A DNA stretch of 64,000 nucleotides from contig NC_087245.1 in the NCBI RefSeq assembly GCF_037042905.1, forward strand, positions 22,322,001 to 22,386,000, read 5' to 3'. The notes beneath the pieces were generated by a model. The model did not search any database and was not told where the DNA came from. It worked only from the letters and a program-made list of their open reading frames with translations. Of this stretch, positions 13,701 through 26,903 are shown piece by piece; position 1 is the stretch's first letter, and every line of letters begins with the position of its first letter. The DNA comes from Lytechinus pictus. Lineage: Eukaryota. Both the position numbers and the translations under genes were made by a program.

Positions 13701-16700
13701 CATTAAAACTCTAGTATCTCTAAATGTTTGCTTATAATTCTATCTATTTCATAATCAATCTCTTCACTCACTACATGTACTTTGTATGTATATTACTGTT
13801 TACAATAACTTAGCAACATTTTTCTGTATATCATTTAAATTTCCTCAGCAAATTCAAAGTTATATACCTCTTCCAAAAACTTCTACAATCCTTCCTTCTT
13901 TCATAGGGTGCAAGGAGACCAGAACAAATATGCAATGAATAATGCAATTCAGAAAATCGTAATCCAATCATTGTAAGAGTATTATCACCCACGTTTAAAT
14001 AATCTGACAGATTATCCATCAATTTCATCCTCCATCAGTTTTTCTTTTTCAATTTGTCTCTCTTGCCACCCATACATCAATCACATTCATACTCTTTCAA
14101 TTCATCATTCATCATGGTAATTCTTCTGAATTGGATCATAGAATTGTCATTGTCTTCCTACAAAGTAAGTTCAAAGGATTCTAATAGATTTTCAGTTGTA
14201 GTTTACAAGCACTTCCATCAAACTATTGTCACACTTAGAAAAGCTCTAATTTGTTTGGACAATGGTGACCCTAATACCTTGGATTTCTATCAAAAATATT
14301 TCAAGGATGAATATGATTTGATTGAAGTGAGAATGATCAAATGATTTCTTTTTTAGGGATTGTTATATGGGACATGTAACATTTTGAAGGGTGTTGTTTT
14401 TTAAAGCATATTTCTCTCTTTCTCTCAGCCTCACTTTCATAATTACCACAGATTTTTCACTGGCATATGACCTATATTTAATCATTCTATCTAAAAAGTT
14501 ACTCATGCAAAGTCTGATGAATGTATTATCACAAACGATTCACAAATAAGTTCAATATTCTAATATTGAGAACCAAAACAATTCTTGTAGTCAATAATCA
14601 GTCTATTTCCTTGCCTTTACAATTGAAATTGATGTATTTCTAAGCTGATAAAGCATATCAACATTAGTTGCCTGGTAATTTTCATACAATAATAACTTCA
14701 TCTTCGAAGAGCATGAGGAATTCATGTTTTCCTGAAGAAAAAAAAATATTCGGAAAACAGCTCAATTAACAAATCCCAGTAGTCTTTTCTGAGGTTGAAG
14801 CCCCTTTGCCACAACAAAATGGAATCAATTAATGTTGGTGGCCAAAATTATACAGCTGAAACAAATCAGTTTAATGGAGTAAACTGTTTACTATCTTGAT
14901 ACTTGCTTCTTATCTTCATATTAAAAGCAAAGAAAAAAATACATTTTCTGTTATTCTTCAAAATCACAGATTGATGGAGTAAGCTGTCTAGGTGTTTGCT
15001 TTTTATCTAGTTGTATTATAGTAAAAGCAAATTCTTCAAAAGTATCTTCAGAATGAAAAAAAACTGCTGACAAATTATCCTATTTTTGCGCAACTTTATA
15101 GGCGCACAGGAGTACATTCATGCAGTACCCTTTTAGAAAAATTACCGAGATTATAGGGGTCAACAAGGAGCAACTAGTTATTTTTATTATTATTTTTTTT
15201 TTTTTAGAGTCAGATATTATTGCAAACTATCCAATCGTAAATAGAAAATAGTGCGAAAAAACAACTAGATTAATAATTGTACCCAGCTGACTCCTAAAAC
15301 AAGTTCTTTTTTTAAAAGAATATATGGAAAGTGTGTAGAATATTCAGATTTGTCTTTTTGTTTCTTTAATTCCAGTGTTGTGGTTTCAAGCATCAGCCAG
15401 TTTGTTTTGGTAGGAAGTAAGGAACTGGGTAATTTTCAGACTTTAATAGATTCTTCAACACCTCATTATCATGACCCTGCTCATTCTGTCTTATTCCAAC
15501 CCCCTCTCTCTCTCTCTCCCCATCTCTTCTTCTGTCTCGTTCTCTCCCTTCCTTTCTCTCTCTCTCTCTTCAGGAGCTCCAAACTTTGAACACATCCCCT
15601 CAAACACTCTCCAATTACCTTCTTCATTACATGAAATTGACAGCGTAAACTAAAACTTTCAAGGCACTTTTGCACATCTACGCCTTTCAAGTCATTGAAC
15701 TACAGCAATGTTATAGGAATACTGGCGAAATTGAATTTGAGGACTTTGCACTCCTACATATTTTTATAAACATAATGTGTGTTCGAAAAAAAAGATAATT
15801 GTTCTCTCTTGGCATGAAAGGTTTATGAACCTTGTAGCTGCAGCCCCCCCCCCCTCCCAGAAAAAGTACAGCAAACAACCCTTCCCTATTCTGACATTAA
15901 TGTTTTAACATGACCACACCTTCATAAAATGATGAATTTATCCAGAAAATTAAACTATAATGAAATTAATAAAGATCAAAGTTTGATAGTCCACACTGTA
16001 GGCCTACATCTTTCTGTCAACAAAAAATATCATATCATTATCAAACATACTAAATTTGGTCTGGTTCAACCAAAAAATAATTTAATTATAGCCTTTGTGG
16101 GATCAAAATTGGCAAACCGAATGCTGGCTTTCTCTCAATGCAAATCTATCCGATGGTAAACAAGCACATAAAACTTTCTCTCTTGCTCTTATCTATGGCC
16201 AGCACCTTGAAGCCAACTAGCTGTAGAGGGCCATGCAAGCGCTGAATTCAACCGACCCCGCCCATCACCAGCTCCCTTCATTAACAAGCGTAATAAGAGC
16301 CCTCAAAAGAAAACCCTAAATGCTTTTAATTCTCCGCTGAGTGACAACATTGACGCTGGGAATTTGGAAAACCCCACCAGGACAAATTGTGCATGGTTTC
16401 AGCGATTAGATTTGAGCCCCTTTAAAGCTGGGATTAATTCAAGGGAGGCCTGTGACACGTGCAATTAATGTCAATGTGGTTTATAGAGGAATGGGGTAGA
16501 ACCCACTTCTTAATTGGCTAACTTGATTTGCCCATGAGATTCCATATCCATCATGGTCATTTGCTTTTCCATTTGTAAGTAATTCAAGATCATTGATACA
16601 TATACAGGGGGGCACATATAACTGACTCTTATCCTTGGTGTATAAGAAACATGCTCTATAAAATAGAAGTATTTTTTTTCTTAAGAACTATTCTGATGTA

Positions 16701-18775
16701 GGACAATGATACAACAATCTATGATCACTCTTAGCAAACTGCATACTTGAATTTTCTGCAGTCATGCACATGCATCGACACTCATCCACATCGACTGGTG
16801 CACATTACCAGTTTTGTATTCAAGAACAGAGTTTGCACTTTTGAACAATGTTGCATCACATGCCTGTATCCATACAAGGTATTAAATGAATACATTTCTA
16901 ATTTGACATTATAATAAGGTACTTTCACCTTGAATTAAAAAGGCAGGTAGAAATTTGATTAACTGGATAGACATTGACATTTAACATCCTCGATTTTTAA
17001 TAATTGTGACAGCAAGTGGACTTTAATGAGATAGCAGGTGCTTGAGAAGCAATTAAATTAAAATAAACTTTTTGGATAGGTGTTATGATGTGCATGAAAA
17101 ATCACCTTGAAAGTGAAGAAAGAAATTTGAAGTGCAAAACTGTAATAGTCATGAAGGAATTCTTCCTTCGATGTTTCCAGCTTGACAAAATGCACGAATG
17201 ATATCTTCATCACGGCAGTGTTGTTTCCTCAGCTCTAAAAAACATTATGGCAATGTTCAATTATGCATTGCTTCACTGCTAAATCATGCTAGGTGTTATA
17301 TTATGATGATAATAAGTGTGGAGATGCTGCCTCCGAAAAATAGGTCAACAAGGAACCTGTTGAAGGGGAAGTCCACCCTGATGTCAAATTGGTTTCAATA
17401 AATGCAGCAATGAGAGAAACATATCCGAGTTTGACAAACAGACATCAAATAATACGAGAGCTATGAACTTTCAAAGTTTTATTTTTGTGACAACAAGGTA
17501 TTAAAGTAGCTGCTCCATAAAGCAAGAAATATCCAAAAATATTCTTTGATGGATTTTCTGAAAGCCTGTCATTTCTCTTTCCCTCGTATTTTCTGCTTTT
17601 GTTAAAATCAATCTGATGTCAGGATTATTTTTTTTTCTTTACATGAGAATTACAAAATAGATTTTAGCTTACAATACAATAAAAAAAATACATTTTCACT
17701 TTAACACATTAATTGTATATAAAGGCCTCTATGTATTTAATCAGATTTCCAATAATATTCTAAATGTAAAGTGCTACTCATCAAAGAATCTTATTATCAC
17801 ATGATATCAAATGCACTCAAAAATTGTAATTATTTTGTGCATCTCTTTTTGAAAGACAGAAAACAGTCCCATCTTTACCTCCAAAGTATGGAGGATATAT
17901 CAAGTTAAAAAAAAATTACCAATGTTTTGTCTCTTTATGTTTTCTTTATTTAAATATTTAGTCTGAAAAGGCCTATGGGCAAAATGATGCGAGAATGAAG
18001 ACAATGTACTGGTACAGATAAAAGCCAATTTTTCATAGTTTGACAAACATACTCCTCCTTTTCCTTTCAGGAAACAGTCTCGTCTTTACCTCGAAGGTAT
18101 ATATCGCGTGGAGTGAGGAATGCTTTTCACAATCATATTGTTCAAAAGACATAAATTTGTTGTCTACTCTCTTTTCCTGAGTATAATCATCTTTTAGTAA
18201 AAACAAGCCTATAGGCTGCAATGCATCAAATATGTGAAAAATTTATACAGACCGAAAACTATTGTCATAGTTTCCGCAAACTCCACCTCTTCCTACTATA
18301 TGACTTACACTTCTGGCGGCACAATTTGTTTTGAAGAAATAGGTCAAAATATAATTTTCTCTTGAGACCTCTATTGGGTTATTGGCACATCAGTCATTTT
18401 ATTACTCATTTTGAAAGCATAAAATCATACAAACTTTTCTATATTTGGGCAAATTGACATTTTCCAATTGGGGTAACTATTCAGAAACTTGATTGGATAA
18501 TAGGAATGTTAAATGTTTAAGGCTGGTATTATTTATCACAGAAAATAATCATCAAGTATTTTGGGGCTTGAACAATTTCTCAAAATTAAGGGATGTTTTA
18601 TTGGTTTTGGCGGTTTGAAATCACATAGGTCTGGGTGAGTCCCCCTACAGAGGATGATGTACTAACCAAGCAATATGAATCTCTACCCCCCCCCCTCCCC
18701 TCCTCCTAGTTCTAAATGGCTTTGGTCTTTGAGCCCTGTATCAAACTAAACCCAGACCCAAGCATCTATTTAGCT

Positions 18776-18884
18776 CAGGGGCCCCTTTCATAAAGGATGG
18801 TAACAAGGCTCAGCAGCCAATCATAATCAAGGTTTCAATGGCAAAGTTACAACAGTTGCAAGTCCTTTATGAAACAGGCCCCTG
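18776..18884. mobile_element. Short MITE with central CCAATCA
   Basis: CAGGGGCCCCTTTCATAAAGGA ... TCCTTTATGAAACAGGCCCCTG. Confidence 0.7.
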
Positions 18885-20298
18885 ATTGCATTTCAATCTC
18901 CCGTAAATAGGTGATGAAGGAATCAGGTCGAATGGGGAAGCACCCTCTCCATTGGGATTCATCTTTATACTCTCATCAAATCCCCATAATTCCTTGAAAA
19001 TTGAGATGCCATAATCATGATTATGCTTTACTTGTAATTATACAAGAAAAGTTCCTGCTACCCATTACAGAGAGGTTTATAACAGGCATAAGCCTTATTT
19101 ATGGCGATGTAAAAAGAAACCATGGAGCTAAATAGCTCTATGAAGAAACCAAGGATATCATGGAGTAGGTTGTTTTCCAAAGCTGGTGTGCTTCTGAAAA
19201 GCGATAGAAAACTCAATTATGTCACGTATCCAAGGCAATGATGGATATGAAAATTGAAAACAGAATACTGTAGAGCTCGGATGCCAAATTTCAAAAGAAA
19301 TATTGTAGAGCTTGAATGGTATATTTCAAAAGAAATTACATTTGCAACTATTATTGCATTAAATTGTATATGAAGTTACTATATGAGCTAAACGACTTTC
19401 GAAGAATAGATGTGTCAAATATTGTTCTTTGAAACCCCAAGTTGAACAAAAATATAAACATAGATTTTGAAAGAAAAACTTAAATGTGTTGATACTCTTG
19501 TAATATCCGATTTACAAATCTTCTTCATTAATTTGTTAAACAACTTTTTTCAAAAGGTTTGGCAAACAAGCTATTGAAATTGTCCAGTGTTTTACAGCCT
19601 GGGGTCTTGGAATCTTTCTAGGTTATCAAGTTGGACCCAACTAATGTCCTGCTTACATAAAGTCTTTCCCTTGACACTGCGCGTTACCTTAACTTCCTGA
19701 CTTTACCTTCGAGACTCTACAACCTGTCATACGCTTATATTGTCACAAGCATGGCACCACTGTGCCCTCCTCGTCCCCTCCAATTGTTATTTCTAAGACA
19801 ACCATCTAAGATGAAGAAACAGAATGAGGGGTGGAAGCTCCAATTTCCTTCTTGCGGTCAGCTAATTTGTCAGCGATCACTCCCTTCAACCCAAGAAAGC
19901 CTTTTGTGTCAATGAATTGTTCTGAGTCACTTTGTTACTGTCGCTACATTTGCCGCAGAGATATTACACATTCAAGAGAAGTTATTTCTAGCTTCCTTGT
20001 AAATGCCAATAACAATGAACGGCATGCACACCCATAAAACTCACATCCAATAAACTTTGGATAAATAAATCTAATTTGCTCTAGTGCTGTGGTTGATGTT
20101 TCTTTAAAATGAACGAGACATTAATTACTGACAACTGATGAAAGAGTTCACTGCTCTCAAGTCAACAGGATAGTGTGTTAACCCTCCAAGATTTTCAGTA
20201 CTGTCTCAGAACTCTATCCTTCATTTAGTTTTATAAGTATTTTCACAAACTTTTCATGGAGAACTAACAAGCATCTTTAGAGGACCCTTGTTAAAAAA

Positions 20299-20751
20299 AT
20301 ATGTGACCAGCCACGCTAAAACCAACAATAAATTGCACAAAATGAATTTTGATATTTTAATCTAGTTTGAAAAAGCACAGCCATAGCTTTAAAATGATAT
20401 ATAGTTTGTCTAAATTGATCAACAATAACCCACTGAAATACTTGATTGAATGCAGAAGAAACAAAGCATGAGCTTCAGAAAATAAGGAGAAAATAACATT
20501 TGAAGATTGTGTTCACTCAAGCATGAGATGTGCACACTGAGCAATTTTAATTAAACTTCCAAGCAGTCCACAAAAACTTGTGTCAAACAAACTCTTATAT
20601 CTTGTCTTATGAATTTTTACAGCATTAAATACTACTTCAGATAAACAATTTTTTTAATTTTTGGCTTTTTGAAGACCAATTTACTATTTTGACTATTACA
20701 TAGAACCCTCCCAGGCGACTTATTGGTGGTTTTGGGTGGCAGGTTGCATAT
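20299..20751. mobile_element. Degenerate non-autonomous TIR element
   Basis: ATATGTGACCAGCCACGCTAAAACCAACAATAA versus the reverse complement of the right end, ATATGCAACCTGCCACCCAAAACCACCAATAA. Confidence 0.7.
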
Positions 20752-21391
20752 ACAATTCAAAAGAAGATTCAGAGAGATATGTGTTAATATATGTAAATTT
20801 ACTTTGCAGCATTCAATACTACTTCAGAAAAACAAATGTTAAATGTCACGTTAGTGAAGTAGAGAATGGGAGTGTGGAAAGACAGCAGAAATTAGATTGT
20901 CACATTAATTTCTAATATCTCTGTATTAGAAAGATCTCTCTTGATGCAAATGGAATTCAACAAATATTTCAATTCTCTTTCCCTTTTTTATAATGAAGCA
21001 TAGGAAACTTACAGCAACACCTCTACACATTGCTACCAGATTGGATAAGATCACAGTGATTTTTTTGTTATTGTACTTTTAATAATTCTTTTCTAGTGAA
21101 ATTAGTCATACCAATTTTAATCAAGAATCCTTTTTCAGCAAAAAAAGCTCTTACTTGTGAAATGTCTATTTTAATCACTTGATCAACTAACATTTTTATC
21201 CAGCTTTGAGAGTATGAAACTAGATTTGAATCTGTAACATCAGAAACATCGTTTTAGGCAGTTAATAATTAATCCATTAAATAATATCCTCAAAGCAACT
21301 TGGCTGGGATAAGAGGAAAATGTGTATCATACTGTGAAATCAAAGCATGTTCAACTGGTTTTTATCAGGTCATTAAAATATGTGTACTTAC

Positions 21392-22214
21392 CAATATAAA
21401 GAGATGTCATCTTGGGTTTCACATTTTCATCAATGTATGTAATTCCAAGTGTGTAGAGGGGTGCTGCCCCCAGGCCATGAAGAAACTGCGCTCCAACAAA
21501 TACCCAAAAATATAATGAAAGCCCACTGGTCTCCTCTACAGAGTCACAAAGGTCCGTCCCGTTACGGCCCGCATCACAGTACTCGTAATCCGATGATCGG
21601 AATTGATAGTTTGGTGTTGTGAATTGGGGAAGCATGAATATAAAAGAACCCACAGCAAAGATGAACGCTCCAAAGGCAAGGATTCTTGGTTTGTGGCGAC
21701 GTTCGCCGAAATACGTGACAAAGATGATGACGACCATGACTGAGAAGTCGTAAGAGCTGGAGATGAAACCGCTCCGCACGGAGGGAAGTTTGAAACGCCT
21801 CTCTAACGTTGTAGTGATGACGTAGACAAGTCCGTTAACAGTTATACCCTGCGTAATGGCGAATATACAAAGAAATACAAGAAACCAGGGGATTTTAGAA
21901 CAGCACTGTAATGATTTGGGATGTATCTTCCCCCATCCGCACATATGCTCCTCTTCGATGACATTGTCAACACTTTCATCCTCGTACGCAACACGAGTTT
22001 TGACCGAACTGTATCCATTTGATGATGGCTTCTGATGCTCAACACCAATGACATCTAGGTCCCCTGGCGAAATGGTGCTAATTGTTCGAATACCTGGACT
22101 GGCATTGTTGCTAGAGTTGATAGTATGCACATGGTTCGAATGACCGTTTCCAACATGTAAACCATCCATGATATTGCTGTTATTGTTGAACGACTTCTCC
22201 TCTGGATATTCCAT
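21392..22214 (-). CDS. SLCO4A1-like: First coding exon of a solute carrier organic anion transporter (OATP/SLCO), SLCO4A1/SLCO4C1-like
   Basis: Translation has OATP hallmarks: CGWGKIHPKSLQ, ITTTLERRFKL, GFISSSYD, YFGERRHKPR, GLGAAPLYTLGITYIDENV. The ATG is in ACCATGG context with an in-frame upstream TAG (22253-22251). The exon ends at ...SLYI G|GTAAGT (donor 21391, phase 1; 823 nt = 274 codons + 1). The ORF-track tail KYTYFNDLIKTS is intron read-through. Confidence 0.95.
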
Positions 22215-23371
22215 GGTTATGTTTCCGTAGTGCCTTTTGAATTTTAAAATCTATCAGATGATAGTAGAAACTCTGACACCACCGATAAAGTGTACCTTAC
22301 TTGGTGCTTCAAGAAGTCAGTCCAAATAGCATCTGCACTGCTGGCACGTTGTGTGCACTTTCCATGCGAGATATCTGTGATGAGTTCACCGGCTACTCGG
22401 CACTCCGCACATGTTCCCAGTTTGTACACGCACTGCAATGGATATAAACAATAAAAACATCTGTTAGTCCAAGACTAGTAGATGGAGAAGGAGAACTGAA
22501 ATCGTTCTTTAGGGTGGAGTCTGCAAGTGTCATTAACAGCGCGAGCCTCTGGACAGTCAAATGATTGCTCCCAAGCCACCAGGAATGTAAAGAGAGCAAT
22601 TGCATGGACGGGGTTTTGGCAAAGCCGCACTGGCTTGTAAACTGAGAAGGTTACACAGGTTCAGTTACAGAAGATACTAAATGAATGTACAATGCCGTCA
22701 ATGGTTTACGGCAATTTGTTTTGATCTTCCCCCTTTCAAGAGCTCCAATGATTAACAGCCACTATAATGAGATAGCTTACAAGAAGCAAAGGGGCAGCCT
22801 TGTATTAAAATATAGATCTTTTAAGCGCTATCGATGTCTCCTGATATTTTCTGAGGAGGACACAATTAGTGATCGGGTGACAGGAAGATGCTCAGGATGT
22901 CAAGTTCAAATATAGGCAAGCGGATACCTGCACGCACCTTTGGGACCCACTGTTCAGATCAGATGCTATCAAGCATTAAACGGTGAGGTAACTGATCATG
23001 TGACCACCAAGGTGTGTGTTACTACTAGTCTTGGGCAAAGTTAGCCAACAAATCATCAATGAGGGGTGCGCTGTCAATGACGGATAGGCAGAACTGACTC
23101 AGTAGGAGTACGTACCTCGTAGCCGATTCAATGGTTAGCTGTCACTCTGATGCGTGATGGACAGTCAGGTCATGGAGCGAGAGAAACGTAATGAGCCTGG
23201 CTAGGATGCAGATCACTGGCCTTGCGGTGGCTAACGATATGATCCTCGGTATGACGTCAGCCTGATTGTGTTTTTATGATGAACCAGGAACTACCATGTT
23301 ACTAGTCCCGTGCTAACAGTGACGTAATACACCAAGGCGCAGGAAGTTTACTATTCTATGCAGATGGTAAC
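22215..23371 (-). other. Candidate 5'UTR part of the first coding exon (two possible acceptors)
   Basis: More GC/CpG-rich than the flanks. Acceptor-like ttttgtttcctttttgttgttgcAG ends at 23372, and a second, tgtttttattgtttatatccattgcAG, ends at 22433. Confidence 0.55.
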
Positions 23372-24543
23372 CTGCAACAACAAAAAGGAAACAAAATATT
23401 GAAAAATTGAAATTTTGAATGTATCTTTAATTTCTGAAAAACGAGTGCACACTGTCAATGTTGCAACATAATTGTTTGCTACATAAAACTGTTTTTTTAC
23501 CAAAGAATATTTCTATTGAGCTAAAAATATAAAGACACAAATGAATCTCAGAATTCTACTTTGGATCCCAGAATTTCATTAAATATACTTGCATCACACA
23601 TTGTGAAGTGGTTCAGGTTTCAAGGGTCTTTTCATCAATGATTTTTCAACATCATACTAGCAGTAGCATCTTAATCTTAAACGTTTTTTCATATGATTTG
23701 TTTTCTATGGTAGGTCCAATCTAAAAACAACAAATATCCTTATTAATTTCTTTTGTCGTGAAAACATGCATTGCTTTGTTGGGTTTCTTTCCCATGGGGG
23801 AACAAAACAAGAGTAAACCAAAGTAAATGTAAACGATTTGTACTAGAGGTCATTGAACAGCTAAAAGAAAATAGCTCTGAGCTCATTTCATGGGGCATTT
23901 ACTTTCAATACATGTGCAATTGGGTTGTTCACATGATTTCTATAAATTCAAAGCGGTATGTGATAATAGAAGAACAATCCTGTGAAATGGGTCCATTTCA
24001 GGGAGGAGATTTAGATCAGTAAACCTGTTGTACACTTCATTAAGTACTGTATTAGGTACGATTATTTCCTAATTCAAGATGTTAATCTTCAATTGTAATG
24101 CCATAATCTTCTTTGGCTTCATACTTATTGATCAAATATTGATTAAATAAAGAATAATGATAGGAGTTTTAGGACCTACTATTACCTGAGACTGGAAATC
24201 AACAAATTTAGTATAAATCAATACAATAGCCCACTTTATAATGTATTGTCTTCAAATAAAGGGAAATGAAAAGGAGAATCAGAGGTTTAAATCCAAGAAT
24301 ACATTTTCTGCATGCCATCTATCAAGCACTATGAAGAAGTTTCATCATGAACTCAAACAAATTTTAATTCTAACTCTAACTGCTTCAATCTAAATTTCAA
24401 ATATGTATCAAACACCCACATTTCACAAAATCTATAGATACATCCAGATTTCAAATCAATTTTCAACTAAAAATTGAATCCATGTGATATTCACTAGACT
24501 TGGGAGGTCAAGGCACAGATAGAATAAATGAAAATTCTACTTA

Positions 24544-25097
24544 TACCCTTTTTACACAGGATTTTCTTAGCCCCGGACTATCGCTAACCCCGTACTATCC
24601 TTAACCCCGTACTATTTTGTTTTCCTTTTTACACATGCCAAATTGTTATTGCTAACCCCGGATAAGGAATCCTTGCTTTTCACACACGAAACTCGCTAAC
24701 CCCGGACTAGTGGTTTTTGTCGATCATTCGTAGTACAAGTACTTCACTCGTACCTTTTTACACACGCTACAATTTCCTTAACCCCGTACTATAGGTGGGG
24801 CCAAATTGCCATTTAGCCCCACCTATAGTACGGGGTTAAGCTTAGCCCACTTTCGTTTTACACTAGCGATCTTAACCCCGTACTATCGCTCTTAGCACCG
24901 CAATTGCTGGGATAACCCTGCTTTTTTGCAGGGCCAAATAATCCCGTACTAAAGGTGGGGTTAGCCCACTTTGCAAAAATGCTGTGTAAAAAGAAAGTGG
25001 GCTAAGCTTAACCCCGTACTATAGGTGGGGCTAAATTGCCATTTAGCCCCACCTATAGTACGGGGTTAAGGAAATTTTAGCGTGTGTAAAAAGGGTA
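24544..25097 (+). mobile_element. Young Harbinger-like MITE, copy 1 (554 bp)
   Basis: TIR TACCCTTTTTACACA, 3-bp TSD TTA, many AACCCCGTACTAT repeats and internal palindromes. Near-identical to 47646-48198. Confidence 0.93.
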
Positions 25098-25855
25098 TTA
25101 GAAATAGTTCAAAAATACAAGAAGATGCTGAGGTATGAAAACGTTGTTATATCCAAATATCTTCATGAAATGAGACAAAAGAAACAGAAAGATAGAGCAA
25201 TAGTAAATTATAGAGAATATACGTCAGCGCATATGTAATTTGAATAAATGGAAACAGGATGTAAACTGATTACTGAAATGACAGGATCCACCTACAACAT
25301 TAATTAATATAACACACAAACAAAAATAATTTAATCAGCTTTCATATCCACCCCAGTCTCAAATTACCATAGTATCAGTGTTGCATCAAAGGAAATTTCA
25401 AGTATCTAATATCTAACACTTCAGGATTTACAGAAAGTGAAGGACAGTGTGGTGATAATCACCTTTCTCGACAACTATACAAAAACACACAACACAACGG
25501 CACAGTAACCTTTTCCGGAAAATCAATATCCACATTTTACAACATACTGAATGAAGGATTTTGAGTTTCAATAGCTTTTTCTTTTCTTAGGTGAATTACC
25601 AACTTCAGAATATATGGAATTTTAAAGTAGTACATAATAGAAGGGAGAATTTTCAAATATCGATGGTTTTATCTTGAACTCAATTTCCTTGACAAATACT
25701 AGGAAAAACTACCCTCTCTTTCATACTTGTTTTCAATGCATACTGGAAATATATTCCAACCCCCCTAAAAAAAAAATTATAATAATAATAATAATATTAT
25801 TAATAATAACAATAATAATATTAATAATAACAATAATAAAAATGATAAAGATAAT

Positions 25856-26028
25856 AATAATAATATTGAAATGAAATATTAAAGATAAATAAAGAATAAG
25901 GATATGAACCATACATCATTTTGTAAACAAAATGATCATAATGATGTATGGTTCATAGAAACCCTTGATATTCATGCAATATCCTTATTCTTTATTTATC
26001 TTTAATATTTCATTTCAATATTATTATT
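25856..26028. repeat. Perfect 50-bp inverted repeat with nested hairpins, between (AAT)n and (ATT)n tracts
   Basis: 25856-25905 is the exact reverse complement of 25979-26028. Inner arms TATGAACCATACATCATT / AATGATGTATGGTTCATA. Confidence 0.92.
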
Positions 26029-26903
26029 GTTATTATCATTATTATTATTATTATTACGCACATCATGCCTTCATGGTCCACTATTTTCAAAGAAACTCTG
26101 CTTGACCAGAGTTTTTTTTTCTTGTAATGTATTCAATTAAAGTATTGTGTATTTACAGTGTACATTATTTTTTTATAACATGTATTTACGTTGCAAAGGA
26201 CCCCATGGAAGAACAGTGGTATTATATTAATACCGCTGAAATGGGCAATCCTCCTTTTAAAAAAAAGTTCTTTTTGGTACGAGTCTGTAAATATTCAGGG
26301 GTCATTCAAGCAAACACATTCTTTGTCTCTCAAACCAAAGACGGAAACAGGGGTATTCTGATTTTTCAGTCAACTATTGCTTTCGTGATTTATTCACCAT
26401 CTGAACAAAAGAGGAAGCAATCTTCACTGGAATAACTTCCTAAAAAGTAAAAACATCCTAGTTAGCAATACAGAGGGGAAAACCTGCTGGGGATATGGTG
26501 TATAAAAATAGAAGAAAGTTATGACTCCATTCAGAGAATACTCACACACAATAAAAATGGAAATATATCATAATCACTTGTAGAAAAGCCAATGTTTTTT
26601 TTTACTGGCCCGAATTTCCTCAAGGATGTAGTTGAAATTCAACATTATGTTATCAATTAATTCTTATCAAACTAAAACGTGATATATTTCTGTATCAAAA
26701 AGAGCTGTGAGGATTCCAATCTCACACATGAAATATCTTCTTATAAATACTCTGTTACTGTCAATACATTATGATATCTGATCAATGTGCTGGAGAAAAA
26801 ACACTCACAGAATGAACCTTCACAATCAGCAACAAACAACAAAACCATTATTAAAGAAACATATATTTTAAGTCCTATATCATCCTTACAACAATGATTA
26901 AAC

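Larger units (their letters stand above)
8240..21391 (-). other. ~13.2 kb GT-AG intron of the SLCO4-like gene
   Basis: Bounded by GTAAGT at 21391 and AG at 8241-8240. The flanking exons join in frame. Confidence 0.88.

Noticed and set aside
12966..13737. 160-163 aa ORFs rich in S/P/L and the antisense E/K/R-rich ORF
   Set aside because: Artefacts of the (CTT/CCT)n low-complexity tract; no domain signal.
21351..21391. C-terminal tail of the 287-aa ORF as a complete single-exon protein
   Set aside because: It lies after a canonical GTAAGT donor, and homology continues in the exon at 8239.
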